Of a stretch of DNA of 64,000 bases, positions 28,761-42,152 are shown in pieces. This stretch comes from Octopus vulgaris (taxonomy: Eukaryota), in assembly GCA_951406725.2 (NCBI GenBank), contig OX597817.1, positions 157,108,001 through 157,172,000 of the forward strand, in the 5' to 3' direction. How positions within the stretch are numbered: position 1 is the stretch's first letter; each line of letters opens with the position of its first letter. The notes under the pieces are model-generated. The model saw only the letters and a list, made by a program, of their open reading frames with translations. It was not told where the DNA came from and did not search any database. The position numbers and the translations under genes are program-made.

Positions 28761-28968
28761 CCATTCAAGAATTTGGACCTGGAGATCTCCATTTCCAGCG
28801 ACTTCGAGGGCCACCTCCCAGTGGTGTCGGGCGTCAATGAAGAGCCCTCGACTACAACAAGACGACCAAAGTTTTTTTTTTTTTTCCAAGGTCTGGGGTC
28901 TCCCGCCCCTAAGCCCTAGACCACCACCTAATCACCCTTACCCTTCTTGTTGCTTAACAGCAACAAGA
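28761..28968 (+). mobile_element. Short CpG-rich retroposed element with 14-bp TSD; second copy 60222-60424 (-)
   Basis: Flanked by ATCAGCATTATCAG at 28747-28760 and 28969-28982. The homologous copy is inverted at about 60222-60424. Confidence 0.75.
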
Positions 28969-30347
28969 ATCAGCATTATCAGTCTGGAAAAGCTTACAAT
29001 GGTCATGAGTGCTGCTGCTCTTCTCTTAACTAACTTATCTAAAATCATCAATACATATTACTCTTTTACTTGTTTCAGTCATTTGACTGCGGCCATGCTG
29101 GAGCACCGCCTTTAATCGAGCAAATCGACCCCGGGACTTATTCTTTTGTAAGCCCAGTACTTATTCTATCAGTCTCTTTTGCCGAACCGCTAAGTAACGG
29201 GGACATAAACACACCAGCATCGGTTGTCAAGCAATGCTAGGGGGACAAACACAGACACACAAACACACACACACATACACATATATACGACGGGCTTCTT
29301 TCAGTTTCCGTCTACCAAATCCACTCACAAGGCTTTGGTCAGCCCGAGGCTATAGCAGAAGACACTTGCGCAAGGTGCCACGCAGTGGGACTGAACCCGG
29401 AACCATGTGGTTGGTAAACAAGCTACTTACCACACAGCCACTCCTGAAGTTTTTTTCAATACCTTTATCTAATGTTGGAGATCTTTCTCTATTAAATGAG
29501 AAGATTTAAAATATTGATCAACACCTTTCTTTCATTGGGTCTTCTCCATCTGGTGATATTCAAAAATTCTAAAAAAAAATATATTTAGACCAAACCAATG
29601 TAAGCTTTTCGTTAATCTTTCATTGGCTCAAGAAAAGCTCCTGGGACTGTGATTTGAGTTGAAAAGAACTTAATAATCCAGAAGCTAAGTAATAAAAGAT
29701 TAAGGTATAAGACTTGTCCTTATCCTTGAGATGGATTTTTTCTCTATTTGTGAGACTTCCATCTGTCATGATATCTAAATCAATTTGTCACCTCAGGATT
29801 GACTCTGTCTGCCAGTTTCTGAGGCTGATAAAATAAGTTCTGGGTTAGCTGTACTAAACAGACTTGCTAATGTTGAAAATCATTATGCAGGGCAGTTGAT
29901 TGGTAGAGTCATTTGGATGTTGGACAAAATACCTTGTGGTAGACATGGCTGTGTAGTTTAGATGTATAAGAAATGAGCTTCTTAACCATGTGGTTTCGGG
30001 TCCAGTCTTGGAATCTCTTGGTTTCAGTTGGCAAGCTCAGCACCTTGGACAAGTCTTATATTATAGCCCCTGCTTTGGTAGATGGAAACTGAAAGAAGCC
30101 CATCATTTATACATGTTTGTGTGGGTGCATTTTTGTCTATCCCATCACCACTTGACAACCAGTATTGGTTTGTTTACATCCCTGTAACTTAGCAGTTCAT
30201 CAAAAGAGTCTGATAGAATAAGTACAAAACTTTTAAAAATAGTACTGGGGTCACTTTTTTTGATTCAAACCCTTCAAGACATTGCCCCTGTATGGTTGCA
30301 TTCCAGTGACTGAAACGAGAGATAAGATATATGTGTGTGCATGTATA

Positions 30348-31705
30348 CAGGGTGTGTAAGATATTTGAGGACAGATTTAGGTTTATAAAAAAACATATAA
30401 TAACAGATAACTTTATTAAAAAATGCTTTGAGGATAAAAATAAACCTTTTCTATAATGTTATTCATTAAAGCCACTTTCAGCTACAACTGCTTCTCTATG
30501 AGATCTAAAACATCTACATGCTTGAATCAAGTGGTCTTGGTTCATTTTGGACATTACTCTGTGGCAGCTTTCAAAGAATCTTTGGTGTTATGGGCATGTT
30601 CATTGACCTCTCTCTCAACAATGCTCCACATGTAACAGTCCAATGGATTGAGATCTGGGGAATTAGGAAGCCAAATATTAGAGGTTATGTGATCATGAGA
30701 ATTTTCAGCCATCCGTTCCTATATTACTAGATTCATGTGTGATAGTGCAGAGTCTTACTGAAACACACATGGCCTTCCATTGCATACACTGTCTATCTAG
30801 GGCTTAACAATTATTTCCAGAACCTCAGTGTAGGCAGCAGAGTTAACTCTAAGACCTTGTGGAAAGAAGTAAGGAGGCATCACATGTCCTTCATTGTTGA
30901 CAACCCCTAAAACCATACCTTGACAGTTGCAGGAAGATCTGATGTAGTGATTTTCTTTTGCTTTTTCTGACAAACTGACCTTTCCTCAACATATAAGACT
31001 TATACTCTGCGATGACAGCAAGTATAGATGGGCTGGACACGTCGCCCGGCTCACCGATAATCGGTGGACGCACGCAGTTGTCGAGTGGTACCTGCGTGAG
31101 CGGAAAAGACCACCCGGAAGACCTCTACGACGGTGGAGTGACGATTTCAAGAGGACGATTGGGATCACGTGGATGAGAAAGGCGCGATCCAGAGAGGAGT
31201 GACCAGCGGTGTCAAATGGACGCCTGACGGACTGGTCGGTCAAAGTGATCAAAGTGAAAGTGATAAGACTTAAATCTGATGTCTTCATGGACAACATTTC
31301 TGACTGTTCCTTCTGACACATGGAGATCTTTTGCAATTGACCTCATGGACTTTCTGAGATTGTAATCAATGGTCTGTTGAACTTACTGGATACATTCAGG
31401 TGTTCTGATGATTTCAGAGTGTTTAAAATGCTTTTTATGCTTTCATACTGGTAATATGTTTCCATCTTTAGTCCCTAGCTCCTTATAAACTTTGCAGATG
31501 AAACATCTGGCAACTTTTAAAAATCAAGATATTTCTAAATCGCTATGCTCAGCCTTTATAACCACAATAACAGCATGCCTCTTAATTTCTTAAGTAAGCT
31601 GAGTGTCTGCCATTATTATTTTCTGGAACTAAGATTATACAGAGTTAGCAAAAAATGCAGCAATGACCCAAAAAAGGTATGTCCTCAAATACCTTACACA
31701 TGCTG
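30348..31705 (-). mobile_element. Decayed Tc1/mariner (maT-like) transposon with TIRs and TA TSD
   Basis: TIRs CAGGGTGTGTAAGATATTTGAGGACA / TGTCCTCAAATACCTTACACATGCTG flanked by TA. Minus strand WLPNSPDLNPLDCYMWSIVE. Confidence 0.85.
31003..31262 (+). mobile_element. CpG-rich RTE 3' fragment with 10-bp target-site duplication
   Basis: KYRWAGHVARLTDNRWT..VVEWY....KRPPGRP..RW. Flanked by ATAAGACTTA at 30993-31002 and 31263-31272, with an (AAAGTG)-like tail. Confidence 0.88.
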
Positions 31706-34071
31706 TATATATATATGTGTATGTATGTATATATATATATATATGCATGTATGTATATATATATGCATGTATGTATATGTATGTATGTATATATATATGT
31801 ATGTATATGTGTAAACATGGGCAAAAAGATTTCTATGCCAATATGCTGAGAATAGACTTTAAATCGTCAATCACCACATTACAATATACATTCACTATGA
31901 ATACGCATCAAGGAAAGCAAGCCAACAGAATTCTTTTTCAAATTTGACCTAGTAATTCCCGGACTTAAAGATGTTCTATTGAAACGCCTTATTACTCTGA
32001 TATAAGAAAGCAATTTTGTTATAACTGTCACAAAAGGTGTATTTTCCATCACAAAAAAAATTACGAAAACCTCAGCTGGAGAAAGGAGAGATTGTTGGAG
32101 ATATTCTGCTTAGCAAAGGTATCTGGGAAACGTATAACTGCTGTCATTCATAGAAAAACTATTGTCTTACCGTAAGAAAAGTGCTGTTGAAGTGTTAAGT
32201 GAAATTTGGCAATTGAGGATCAAATCCATGCTATGCCTACATGAAGCCAAATTAACTAACTAACTAACTAAGCCACTACAAATACATTGTGGAATAAAAA
32301 ATTTATGTACTGTCATGGAAAAAATGTAACTGTAAAAATGCAGAATTATCAGAGTAATAAGCATTCAAAAAAGTTTGTATGTATAGTAATGTATAAATGA
32401 AGTCTTTAATGTTTAGATTCAAATTAAGGAAGTGCAATAGTAATGTTTAGCAGTTCAAAACTGTAAGTAGTGAAATGCAGAATTAGGTTGGCTGATCGTG
32501 GGAATCAAATATTGATCGCTTTACTCTTTCTCTCTTTTACTCTTTTACTTGTTTCAGTCATTTGACTGCGGCCATGCTGGAGCACCGCCTTTAGTCGAGC
32601 AAATCGACCCCGGGACTTATTCTTTGTAAGCCCAGTACTTCTTCTATCGGTCTCTTTTGCCGAACCGCTAAGTGACGGAGACGTAAACACACCAGCATCA
32701 GTTGTCAAGCAATGCTAGGGGGACAAACACAGACACACAAACATATACACACACTCTTATATATATATACATATATATGACAGGCTTCTTTCAGTTTCCG
32801 TCTACCAAATCCACTCACAAGGCATTGGTCAGCCCGGGGCTATAGCAGAAGACACTTGCTCAAGATGCCACGCAGTGGGACTGAACCCAGAACCATGTGG
32901 TTGGTTAGCAAGCTACTTACCACACAGTCACTCCTGCGCCTAAAATATGCTAAAATATGCAGGTTACATGAGTTATTTCCTTGGGTTGTTTAGATAAAAT
33001 ATTAGTAATATGTAGTAGATAGAAGGATCCATTGGAAGGGCCCTATTGATTTTTTTTCAACAATATAAGTATATCATGAAGATTCCAGACATGAGTTCTC
33101 ACGTGTCACATAGAGTATAAAAGTGGAGGGTTTTTTGGTTAACGCTTTTGCAATTTGTAGCCTTGTGTCTATATCTTATACTTGTTTCAGTTGTTGGACA
33201 GCGACCATGCTGTGGCACTACATTGAAGCAGTTACTTTTGAAAGCCTGGTGCTTATACCATCAGTTCTCTTGCCAAACCACTTGCTTACAAGGATGTAAA
33301 CAAATCAATACTGGTTGTCAAGTGGTAGTGGGAAGAGATAGACGTACACACACACATGTATTTATATATATATATTTGCATGTGTGTGTGTATGTATCGT
33401 AAAAGCACCATCTGTTCGTGTCTGTTGCCAGCCTCGCCTGGACCCCGTGCCGGTGGCATGTAAAAGCACCATCTGTTCGTGGCCGTTTGCCAGCTCCGTC
33501 TGGCACCTGTGCGGGTGGCACGTAAAAAGCACCCACTACACTCACGGAGTGGTTGGCGTTAGGAAGGGCATCCAGCCGTAGAAACACTGCCAAATCTGAC
33601 TGGGCCTGATGCAGCCTTCCGGCTTCACAGACCCCAGTTGAACCGTCCAACCCATGCTAGCATGGAAAACGGATGCTAAATGATGATGATGATGATGATG
33701 ATACAACAGGCTTCTACACAGTTTCTGTCTACCAAATCCACACTCACAAGATTTTGGTTGTCTTAGGTAAGTTGTAGAAGGCATTTACCCAAGTTGCCAT
33801 GCAGTGGGATTGAAACTGAAACCACATGGTTGCAAAATAGATTTCTTAACCACCCAGCCATGGCTATGTCTATGTCAGAAACATTATTATAAATTAGCGG
33901 ACGAAGGCAAAGCTGGCCAACTTCTTTGACGTATCTAGTTACCCTCATATTTTTTGTGTTCAAATCCTTGCAGGATAAACCATCAGCTTTCTAATTGGTA
34001 GTGAGGGTTAATTAATATAATTAACTGCAATTTTACTGAAACTTTAATACTATTTCATGAATTACAGTTAA

Positions 34072-35076
34072 CCCATCAGTGCCCAAATTTTTTTTATTAA
34101 TTTATTACCAAAAACCCTTTTTTTTTAGAGCATGCTATATTTGAGCAAAATTACTTTCAAAGATTTTCTTGACTTTATAGGACAGTTATAAAGATTATTG
34201 GATCTTTACCTTTTGACCTACAGATTTTAAAAAATAATATTTTTTTTGTAACTAAACACTTTCAAACTTCAGACACTGGTAGAATGTGTCATATAAAACA
34301 TCTTTTACTCTTAGCATTTTTGAGAAAAACTTATATTAACGAAGTAATTTCACATCAAAGTAGTCCTTTTTCGGTAATTTCAACCAATCAATGACGTGTA
34401 TTCAGCTGAATAAAATTACTGCTGCTGTTTGTCAACAACAACTATTGGTGGTGTATTTTTCATTTATTGCTATTTTTTAGGGTTAGGGTTAAGGTTTTAG
34501 GGTTTTATGATTAGGGTTGTCATAAATAACTATGACAAATGAAAAATACACTGCCAGAAGTTCTCGTTGACAAACAACGGCAGTAATTTTATTCAGCTGA
34601 ATACACGTCATTGATTGGTTGAAATTATCGAAATAGGACTACTTTAACGTTAAATTACTTCGTAAAGTTTTTCTCAAAAATGCTAAGAGTAAAAGATGTT
34701 TTATATGACACATTCTACCAGTGTCCGAAGTTTGAAAGTGTTTAGTTACAAAAAAATTATTTTTTAAATCTGTAGGTCAAAAGGTAAAGATCCCAATTAT
34801 TTATACTATATACAAATAAGGGTTAGATACTACTTACCAAAATTTTTTGATTGAATAATGGATGAAACTGAGTATATTCTTTTCTCCAAGGTTTTTACAC
34901 TGTTCCGAAAACTGAGACATCAGTGTTGCTAATATACAACAGACAGTATTTGTAACATTTGAAAGACACTCCGGTCTTGATGACTAACGAAAGAAATCTC
35001 ATAAAAATACAGCTGTTGCAGAATTATGATGGATTATCCCTCTGGTCCTAAAAAAGGAACCACGGGCACTAATGGG
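34072..35076. mobile_element. piggyBac-type MITE hosting a nested foldback element
   Basis: TTAA|CCCATCAGTGCCC ... GGGCACTAATGGG|TTAA. Confidence 0.75.
34200..34793. mobile_element. Foldback MITE with ~270-bp inverted arms and TTAGGG-rich centre; internally deleted relative at 56843-57117
   Basis: GGATCTTTACCTTTTGACCTACAG... / ...CTGTAGGTCAAAAGGTAAAGATCC. The arms pair nearly throughout. Confidence 0.85.
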
Positions 35077-35394
35077 TTAATGAGTCCCTATACAACTGAT
35101 GGACTGGCTTTCATATGCTCCTCTCCATTAGCAGCGAATTAAAGTATGTAATTGATAATGTAGGTAAATTAATCAGCTCTATTCCCCCCTTAATTAATGG
35201 TTTTGTCCCCAAATTACATGTTGACATAATAATGAACTTGTATTATTCTCAAACAAAACGTTTTGTTGAAATGATTGTTGAACTCAACCTAAGCCACAGG
35301 TGTTTAGTTACATAAATCTATGAATATATATATATATACATATGTAAATAAATTTATTATATTGCACAAACAGGTGTTGTGTATATAGATTTTT

Positions 35395-35443
<49 letters not shown>

Positions 35444-36813
35444 AGTATATATATTGCATTGCTGTTTAATATGTTCAGTAGCTTTAAGCATCTTTTTACA
35501 TTACATTCTGCTCTGAACTGGACAACTATTTACAACAGACAATGGGGTAAGGTTAGTATTTTCTTATATTCATTCTGAATCATTGTAAATTGTGGACGCT
35601 GGTGATGTCTGGAATAGTTTGCACAGACATATGTACATATACATACATACATATTTTAGGTTGCTTCTAAGGAAAGGACGTTTGCGTGATAGATTAGCCA
35701 TCACTAAATAGAATTTTACAGCCCATGACCCACTATCAAGTATTCTTTTGTTTATTTTATTATCATTAATGATTGTATATTCTCCTCATCTGAACCTAAA
35801 TCCTGCATCCATTTCTCCTCTTCTTTTCACCTCTACCTCATCCTACCTGTGCTAAGTATTAAACTTGATTAGACCATCTCATAGTCTGACTTTCGTGGAG
35901 GCGCAATGGCCCAGTGGTTAGGGCAGCGGACTCGCGGTCGTAGGATCGCGGTTTTGATTCCCAGACCGGGCGTTGTGAGTGTTTATTGAGTGAAAACACC
36001 TAAAGCTCCACGAGGCTCCGGCAGGGATGGTGGTGATCCCTGCTGTACTCTTTCACCACAACTTTCTCTCACTCTTACTTCCTGTTTCTGTTGTACCTGT
36101 ATTTCAAAGGGCCGACCTTGTCACTCTCTGTGTCACACTGTATATCCCCGAGAACCACGTTAAGGGTACACATGTCTGTGGAGTGCTCAGCCACTTACAC
36201 GTTAATTTCACGAGCAGGCTGTTCCGTTGATTCGGATCAACCGGAACCCTCGTCGTCATAACCGATGGAGTGCTTCCATCCACTATATCTCTCTGTCTTG
36301 GAGACACAAGCATGTATACGCACACTTACATACATTAGGTGTGGCTGTGCGATAAGAAGCTTTGTTCCCTACCACATGGTTCCAGGTTCAGTCCTACTAT
36401 GTGGCACCTTGGCCATGTATTTTCTACAATATCCTCAGCCTGACCAATGTCTTGTGAGTCGATTTGGTAGATGGAAACTGAAAGAAGCTCATCGTATATT
36501 TATATTTATATGTGTGTGTGTGTGTCTTTGTGTTAGTGTAGGTGTATTTACGGCCCTGTGCCAGGCTTTAAAAAAACAAAAGTACTTTGGTTTCATTCAT
36601 TTACTCTTTTACTTGTTTCAGTCATTTGACTGTGGTCATGCTGGAGCACCGCCTTTAGTCGACCAAATCGACCCCAGGACTTATTCTTTGTAAGCCTAGT
36701 ACTTATTCTATCAGTCTCTTTTGCCAAATCGCTAAGTTACGGGACATAAACGCACACTAGCATCGGTTGTCAAGTGATGTTGGGGGGAAACACACAAATA
36801 CACACACACATAT

Positions 36814-36865
<52 letters not shown>

Positions 36866-38006
36866 CAGGCTTCTTTCAGTTTCTGTCTACCAAATCCACT
36901 CACAAGGCTTTGGTTGGCCCGAGGCTATAGTATAAGACACTAGGCCAAGGTGCCACGCAGTTGGACTGAACCCGGAACCATGTGGTTCGTAAGCAAGCTA
37001 CTTACCACACAGCCACTCCTAGGTGATGTCACAGTCTGATGACTGATACAAGTAAAAGGCCATATATGTATAGACCCAGGCATGGCTGTGTAGTAGGAAG
37101 CTTGCTTCCCAACCACAAGGATCTGCGTCTCATGGAGGCAATGACAAATGATTGAGGCTGTTGCTATTTAGCTATGCTTAAGAAGATGTCAAGCTTAGTG
37201 AATTCATAGTCATGGCCAGTGCTAGTGACACATAAAAGGCACCTGTGCCATGCCAGTGACACGAAAAAAGGCACCCGGTACACTCTTTGAAGTGACTGTC
37301 ATTACAAACGGCATCCAACAGTAGAAACGAACCCAAAACACTGGAACCTAGTGCAGCTCTCCAGCTTACCAGTCCCGATTAATCCATCAAATCCAGTGGT
37401 ATTGCCCCCCTCCTGGGGGTGGTGAAAAGTTCCAAGAGGGCATTGAAGAAAAGTGGGGCGATAATGGGATAGTGATTCATGTAAAAACAACAAAATAAAG
37501 GGTTCATTTGGTTTAAGTTTTATTTGTGAAATACTGTTGGTTTGAATTTGCTTCAAAAAGAGGTCTATGTCTGTGATAGCTAGTTGGGGTGGGGACACTA
37601 GGAATGTCACCTGGATGTCAAGGGGACAGCAGCCTGAAAATATTTGGGAACTATTGATCTAACCCATGCCAATCAGGAAAATGGATGCTACATGATGATG
37701 ATGATACATTCCTTATTGATGATACATTCTCATTCAAACACAGCTGGCCCTGTGCCATCAAAAATGAGGGCTAATTGTAGTATTTTATATATATAAATAT
37801 GGATGGTAAATCAAATTAATACACTTGTCAATGTTATCTAGTGGTTGTCTTTTGTGATGTGACATCGATCATCGTTTTTTACTGAAAGAATGCTGGTTCA
37901 CACATTCTTCCCTTTTACATGCACACACACACACATACTCACTAAGAGTTGAAACGCTGTTTGGTTTTTCTTTTCAGCATTGAAGGTTCACCACCCAACT
38001 CCCATT

Positions 38007-38039
<33 letters not shown>

Positions 38040-38501
38040 AATATTCACATACCTCCCTTTTACAAACACACATATACTCACACAGAGTTGAAATGCTCCC
38101 ACTACCAGTTTCCCATCACCCCTCCCTTCCTTATTCATCTATCACCCTTCCTTTCTCGTCCATATGTTGTGACGGAGAAAAACACAAGAGTATTATTATA
38201 GTAGGTGCTCATGCACTCACACATTAACGTGTGTGTGTTGGTGCTGCTGTTAATTAATCGGCAAATTCTTAATCTTTCCTATATAACCAATCATTCCTTA
38301 CTAAGGAGAAAAATACAAAAAACATTTTTAAAATTCTTAATGTCAAATCATATATATAGTTATATATAGATATATTTGGAAGCACTCCGTCGGTTACGAC
38401 GATGAGGGTTCCGGTTGATCCGAATCAACGGAACAGCCTGCTCGTGAAATTAACGTGTAAGTGGCTGAGTACTCCACAGACACATGTACCCGCAACATAG
38501 T

Positions 38502-39446
38502 ACAGCCATGCTACATGGCAGTGAAACATGGGCCGTGACTGCTGAGGATATGCGTAAGCTCGCAAGAAATGAAGCCAGTATGCTCCGATGGATGTGTAAT
38601 GTCAGTACTCATACTCGGCAGAGTGTAAGTACCTTGAGAGAAAAGCTGGACCTAAGAAGCATCAGTTGTGGTGTGCAAGAGAGACGTTTGCACTGGTATG
38701 GTCATGTAGCGAGAATGGATGAAGATAGTTGTGTGAAAAAGTGCCACACCCTAGCTGTTGAGGGAATCTGCGGAAGAGGCAGACCCAGGAAAACCTGGGA
38801 GGAGGTGGTGAAGCACGACCTTCGAACTTTAGGTCTCACTGAGGAAATGACTAGAGACCGAGACCTCTGAAAGTGTGCTGTGCACGAGAAGACCCGGCAG
38901 GACAAGTGAGTCCATAACCCGTGGCCTTCTACATGGGATGGAGCCAGCCTACGTATGCATACCTTCCCTTCTTGGGACACAAAACTCTACTTGTGAAGAC
39001 CTGTTGAGGCAAGTGAGGATCAGAATCGAAATCGATCAATGGAAATTGCAGATGTGTTACCAGTGCCGGTGGGATGTAAGAGAACCTTCCGTTTCGCGAC
39101 CGTTGCCAGCACCGCACCGACTGGCCTCGTGCCGGTGCACATAGGGAGCACCATCCGTTCGTGTCCGTTGCCAGCCTCGCCTGGCCCTCGTGCCGGTGGC
39201 ACATAAAAATCACCATCCGTTCGTGGCCGTTTGCCAGCTCTGTCTGGCACCTGTGCGGGTGGCACGTAAAAAGCACCCACTACACTCACGGAGTGGTTGG
39301 CGTTAGGAAGGGCATCCAGCCGTAGAAACACTGACAGATTTGACTGGGCCTGATGAAGCCTCTGGCTTCACAGACCCCAGTAGAACCGTCCAACCCATGC
39401 TAGCATGGAAAACGGACGCTAAACGATGATGATGATGATGATGATG
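38502..39446 (+). mobile_element. 5'-truncated RTE LINE (same family) inserted in a SINE
   Basis: MLHGSETWAVTAEDMRKL...WYGHVARM...GRPRKTW, followed by the same 3' UTR modules and a (GAT)n tail. Confidence 0.92.
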
Positions 39447-39745
39447 ACAGAGAGTGACAAGGCCGGCCCTTTGAAATACAGGTACAACAGAAACAGGAAG
39501 TAAGAGTGAGAGAAAGTTGTGGTGAAAGAGTACAGCAGGGATCACCACCATCCCCTGCCAGAGCCTTGTGGAGCTTTAGGTGTTTTCGCTCAATAAACAC
39601 TCACAACGCCTGGTCTGGGAATCGAAACCGCGATCCTATGACCACGAGTCCGCTGCCCTAACCACTGGGCCATTGCGCCTCCACTATATAGATATATAAT
39701 GTGTTAATGTTTGTTTTTGTGGTTAGTTATAAGGAAAATAATTAT

Positions 39746-40067
39746 ACGCCGTAAATTCCAGACTACAGAGCGCACCTGATTAAAAGCCGCATGCTCTAAT
39801 TTTAGAAAGAAAATCAATTTTGTACTTGTACCGGCTGCAGCAGATTTTAAGCCACAGGTGTCCAACGTTGTAATATGAGATATTTACATAGAAAGATATT
39901 ACATGAGATGATTTTTTAACTTTTAATTTTATCTGTATGGTAACATAAGCAAACACATATTGCAAATGCTTTTTTTCAAACTGTGCCTCTAACACGACTA
40001 CCTTTAAATATATGTTGCTTATGCTTTTTTACTGAACAGTGCACGAACAACATTCTTCCTAATGACC

Positions 40068-40103
<36 letters not shown>

Positions 40104-40311
40104 TTTAGCAAAATTTAGATTCAGATGAATATGGTACTTAAGTCAGAGGCACCAGAATTTTGTATTGTCTGTTTGATGGAAGACTTCTATAAATGGCTGA
40201 AGACTGCTCAACATTTTAAAACTGATGTAATACTTACAATGTTTAATAAAATGAAGTAGCATGAAACGATTGTACCAAATTACCTAAGATATACTTGTTG
40301 CTTATTTTGAT

Positions 40312-40364
<53 letters not shown>

Positions 40365-40742
40365 TGCAGCCTACAAGGTCAAAAGTCATTGATTGCCTTC
40401 TTCATTTTCTTCCTGTGCACTGAAACCATCAAAGTCCTCTTTTTCAGTGTCCGAATTGAACAGCCTCAGGGTCTTGTCACTCACTTCAGCCTCTTCGTTG
40501 TCACTCTCACTTGAGCGCTCCTGGTTCTCTTCATCACACAGCAGTCCAGCTTTTCGAAACCCGTTGGTGATGGTGGATGTTTTGATACGGCTCCACACAT
40601 TTAGGATCCACTGGCAGACTTCAGTGAAAGGTGCTCTTCGCATGCGGCCTGTTTTGGTGAAGGAATTCTCGCAGCTCGTTATCCAAACCTCCCACTCACA
40701 GCGCAGTGCCACTTTAAATGCCCAGTTCATGCTGATGTCCAA
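39746..40742 (-). mobile_element. pogo/Tigger-type transposon fragment (DDE C-terminus)
   Basis: DISMNWAFKVALRCEW...FTKTGRMRR....VCQWI..VWS.I....ITNGFRKAG, plus a CCGTAAATTCC-type terminus near 39749. Interrupted by a (TA)n-flanked cassette. Confidence 0.8.
40190..40282 (+). ncRNA. Diverged type I hammerhead ribozyme, homolog of 59043-59135
   Basis: UAAAUGG-CUGAAGA-CUGCU...AGCAU-GAAA-CGAUUG-UA/CCAAAUUA. The closing pair of stem II is a C/U mismatch. Confidence 0.7.
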
Positions 40743-40883
40743 TTTTTTGTTTCGGCATATTTGGCATTAGAATTTTTCTTCAGCACTTATCTTGTAAATT
40801 ATGTATACATTTTACCTTTAAAGGCATTTTTTGATATGCTGGCCATTGATAAAATTTTTTTCCCGAAAAATTTTTATCCTATA

Positions 40884-40923
<40 letters not shown>

Positions 40924-41266
40924 GATTGATTTCTTTCAGTTTCTGTCTACGAAATCCACTCACAAGGCTTTAGTTGGTCTGAGGCTATAGCAGAAGACAC
41001 ATGCCAAGTCACTACACAGTGGGACTGAACCCAGTGCCATGTGTTTTGGAACCAAGTTTCTTACCACACAGCCACACCTGCACCTATGTATATGTGTGTG
41101 TATGGGTGTATATAAGTATGCATATATATATATGTGCATATATATGTGTTCATATAACATACCCGTGCTAGCGCGGAAAACGGACGTTAAACGATGATGA
41201 TGATGATGATGATATATATACATGTATACATATACATCTATATATATACATCTATACATATACATC

Positions 41267-41299
<33 letters not shown>

Positions 41300-42152
41300 A
41301 TATGTATGTATGCCTGTATATATGTGAGATAATAGTTTCTCTTTAATAGTTTCAGTATTAAAGTGAAACTATTAAAGTGAAAATATCTGACATTACAAGA
41401 GAGAGATGTTATTGTTTCACTATTGACGTGTAATACTGAAATAGTGGAGAAGATATGATATTGCTCTGGGCTCGCACTAGGCAAGAAGTGACACATATTT
41501 AGTGTCCACTACATGGACACTAAATAAGGCAAGTGTAAAATTTGAATGAAATTGGTTGAGTAGTTCTCAAGTTTTAGGGATTCACACACACACACACACA
41601 GACAGACATACACACATTCTCATCTTTATATCATCATCATCGTTTAATGTCTGCTTTCCTCGCTAGCATGGGTTGGATGATTTGACTGAGGACTAGTGAA
41701 CCAGACGGCTGCACCAGGCTCCAATCTTGATCTGGCAGAGTTTCTACAGCTGGATGCCCTTCCTAATGCCAACCACTCCGAGAATATAGTGGGTGCTTTA
41801 CTGTGCCACTGGCATGATGGCCAGTCAGGTGGTACTGGCAACAGCCATGCTCAAATGGTGTTTTTAAGGTGCTACCTGCACAGGAGCCAGTCCAGCAGCA
41901 CTGGCAACGACCTCGCTCAAATGTTTTTTTCACATGCCACTGGCTCAAGTGCCAGTAAGGCGACGCTTGGTAACGATCATGCTCGAATGGGGCTTTTTAT
42001 GTGCCACTGGCATGGAAGCCAGTTAACTGCTCTGGCAACGATCATGCTCTGATGGTGCTCTTAGCGCTCCACTTGAACGGATGCCAGTCATCAAATTTGA
42101 TTTCGATTTCACTTGCCTCAACAGGTTTTCACAAGCAGAGTTTAGTGTCCAA

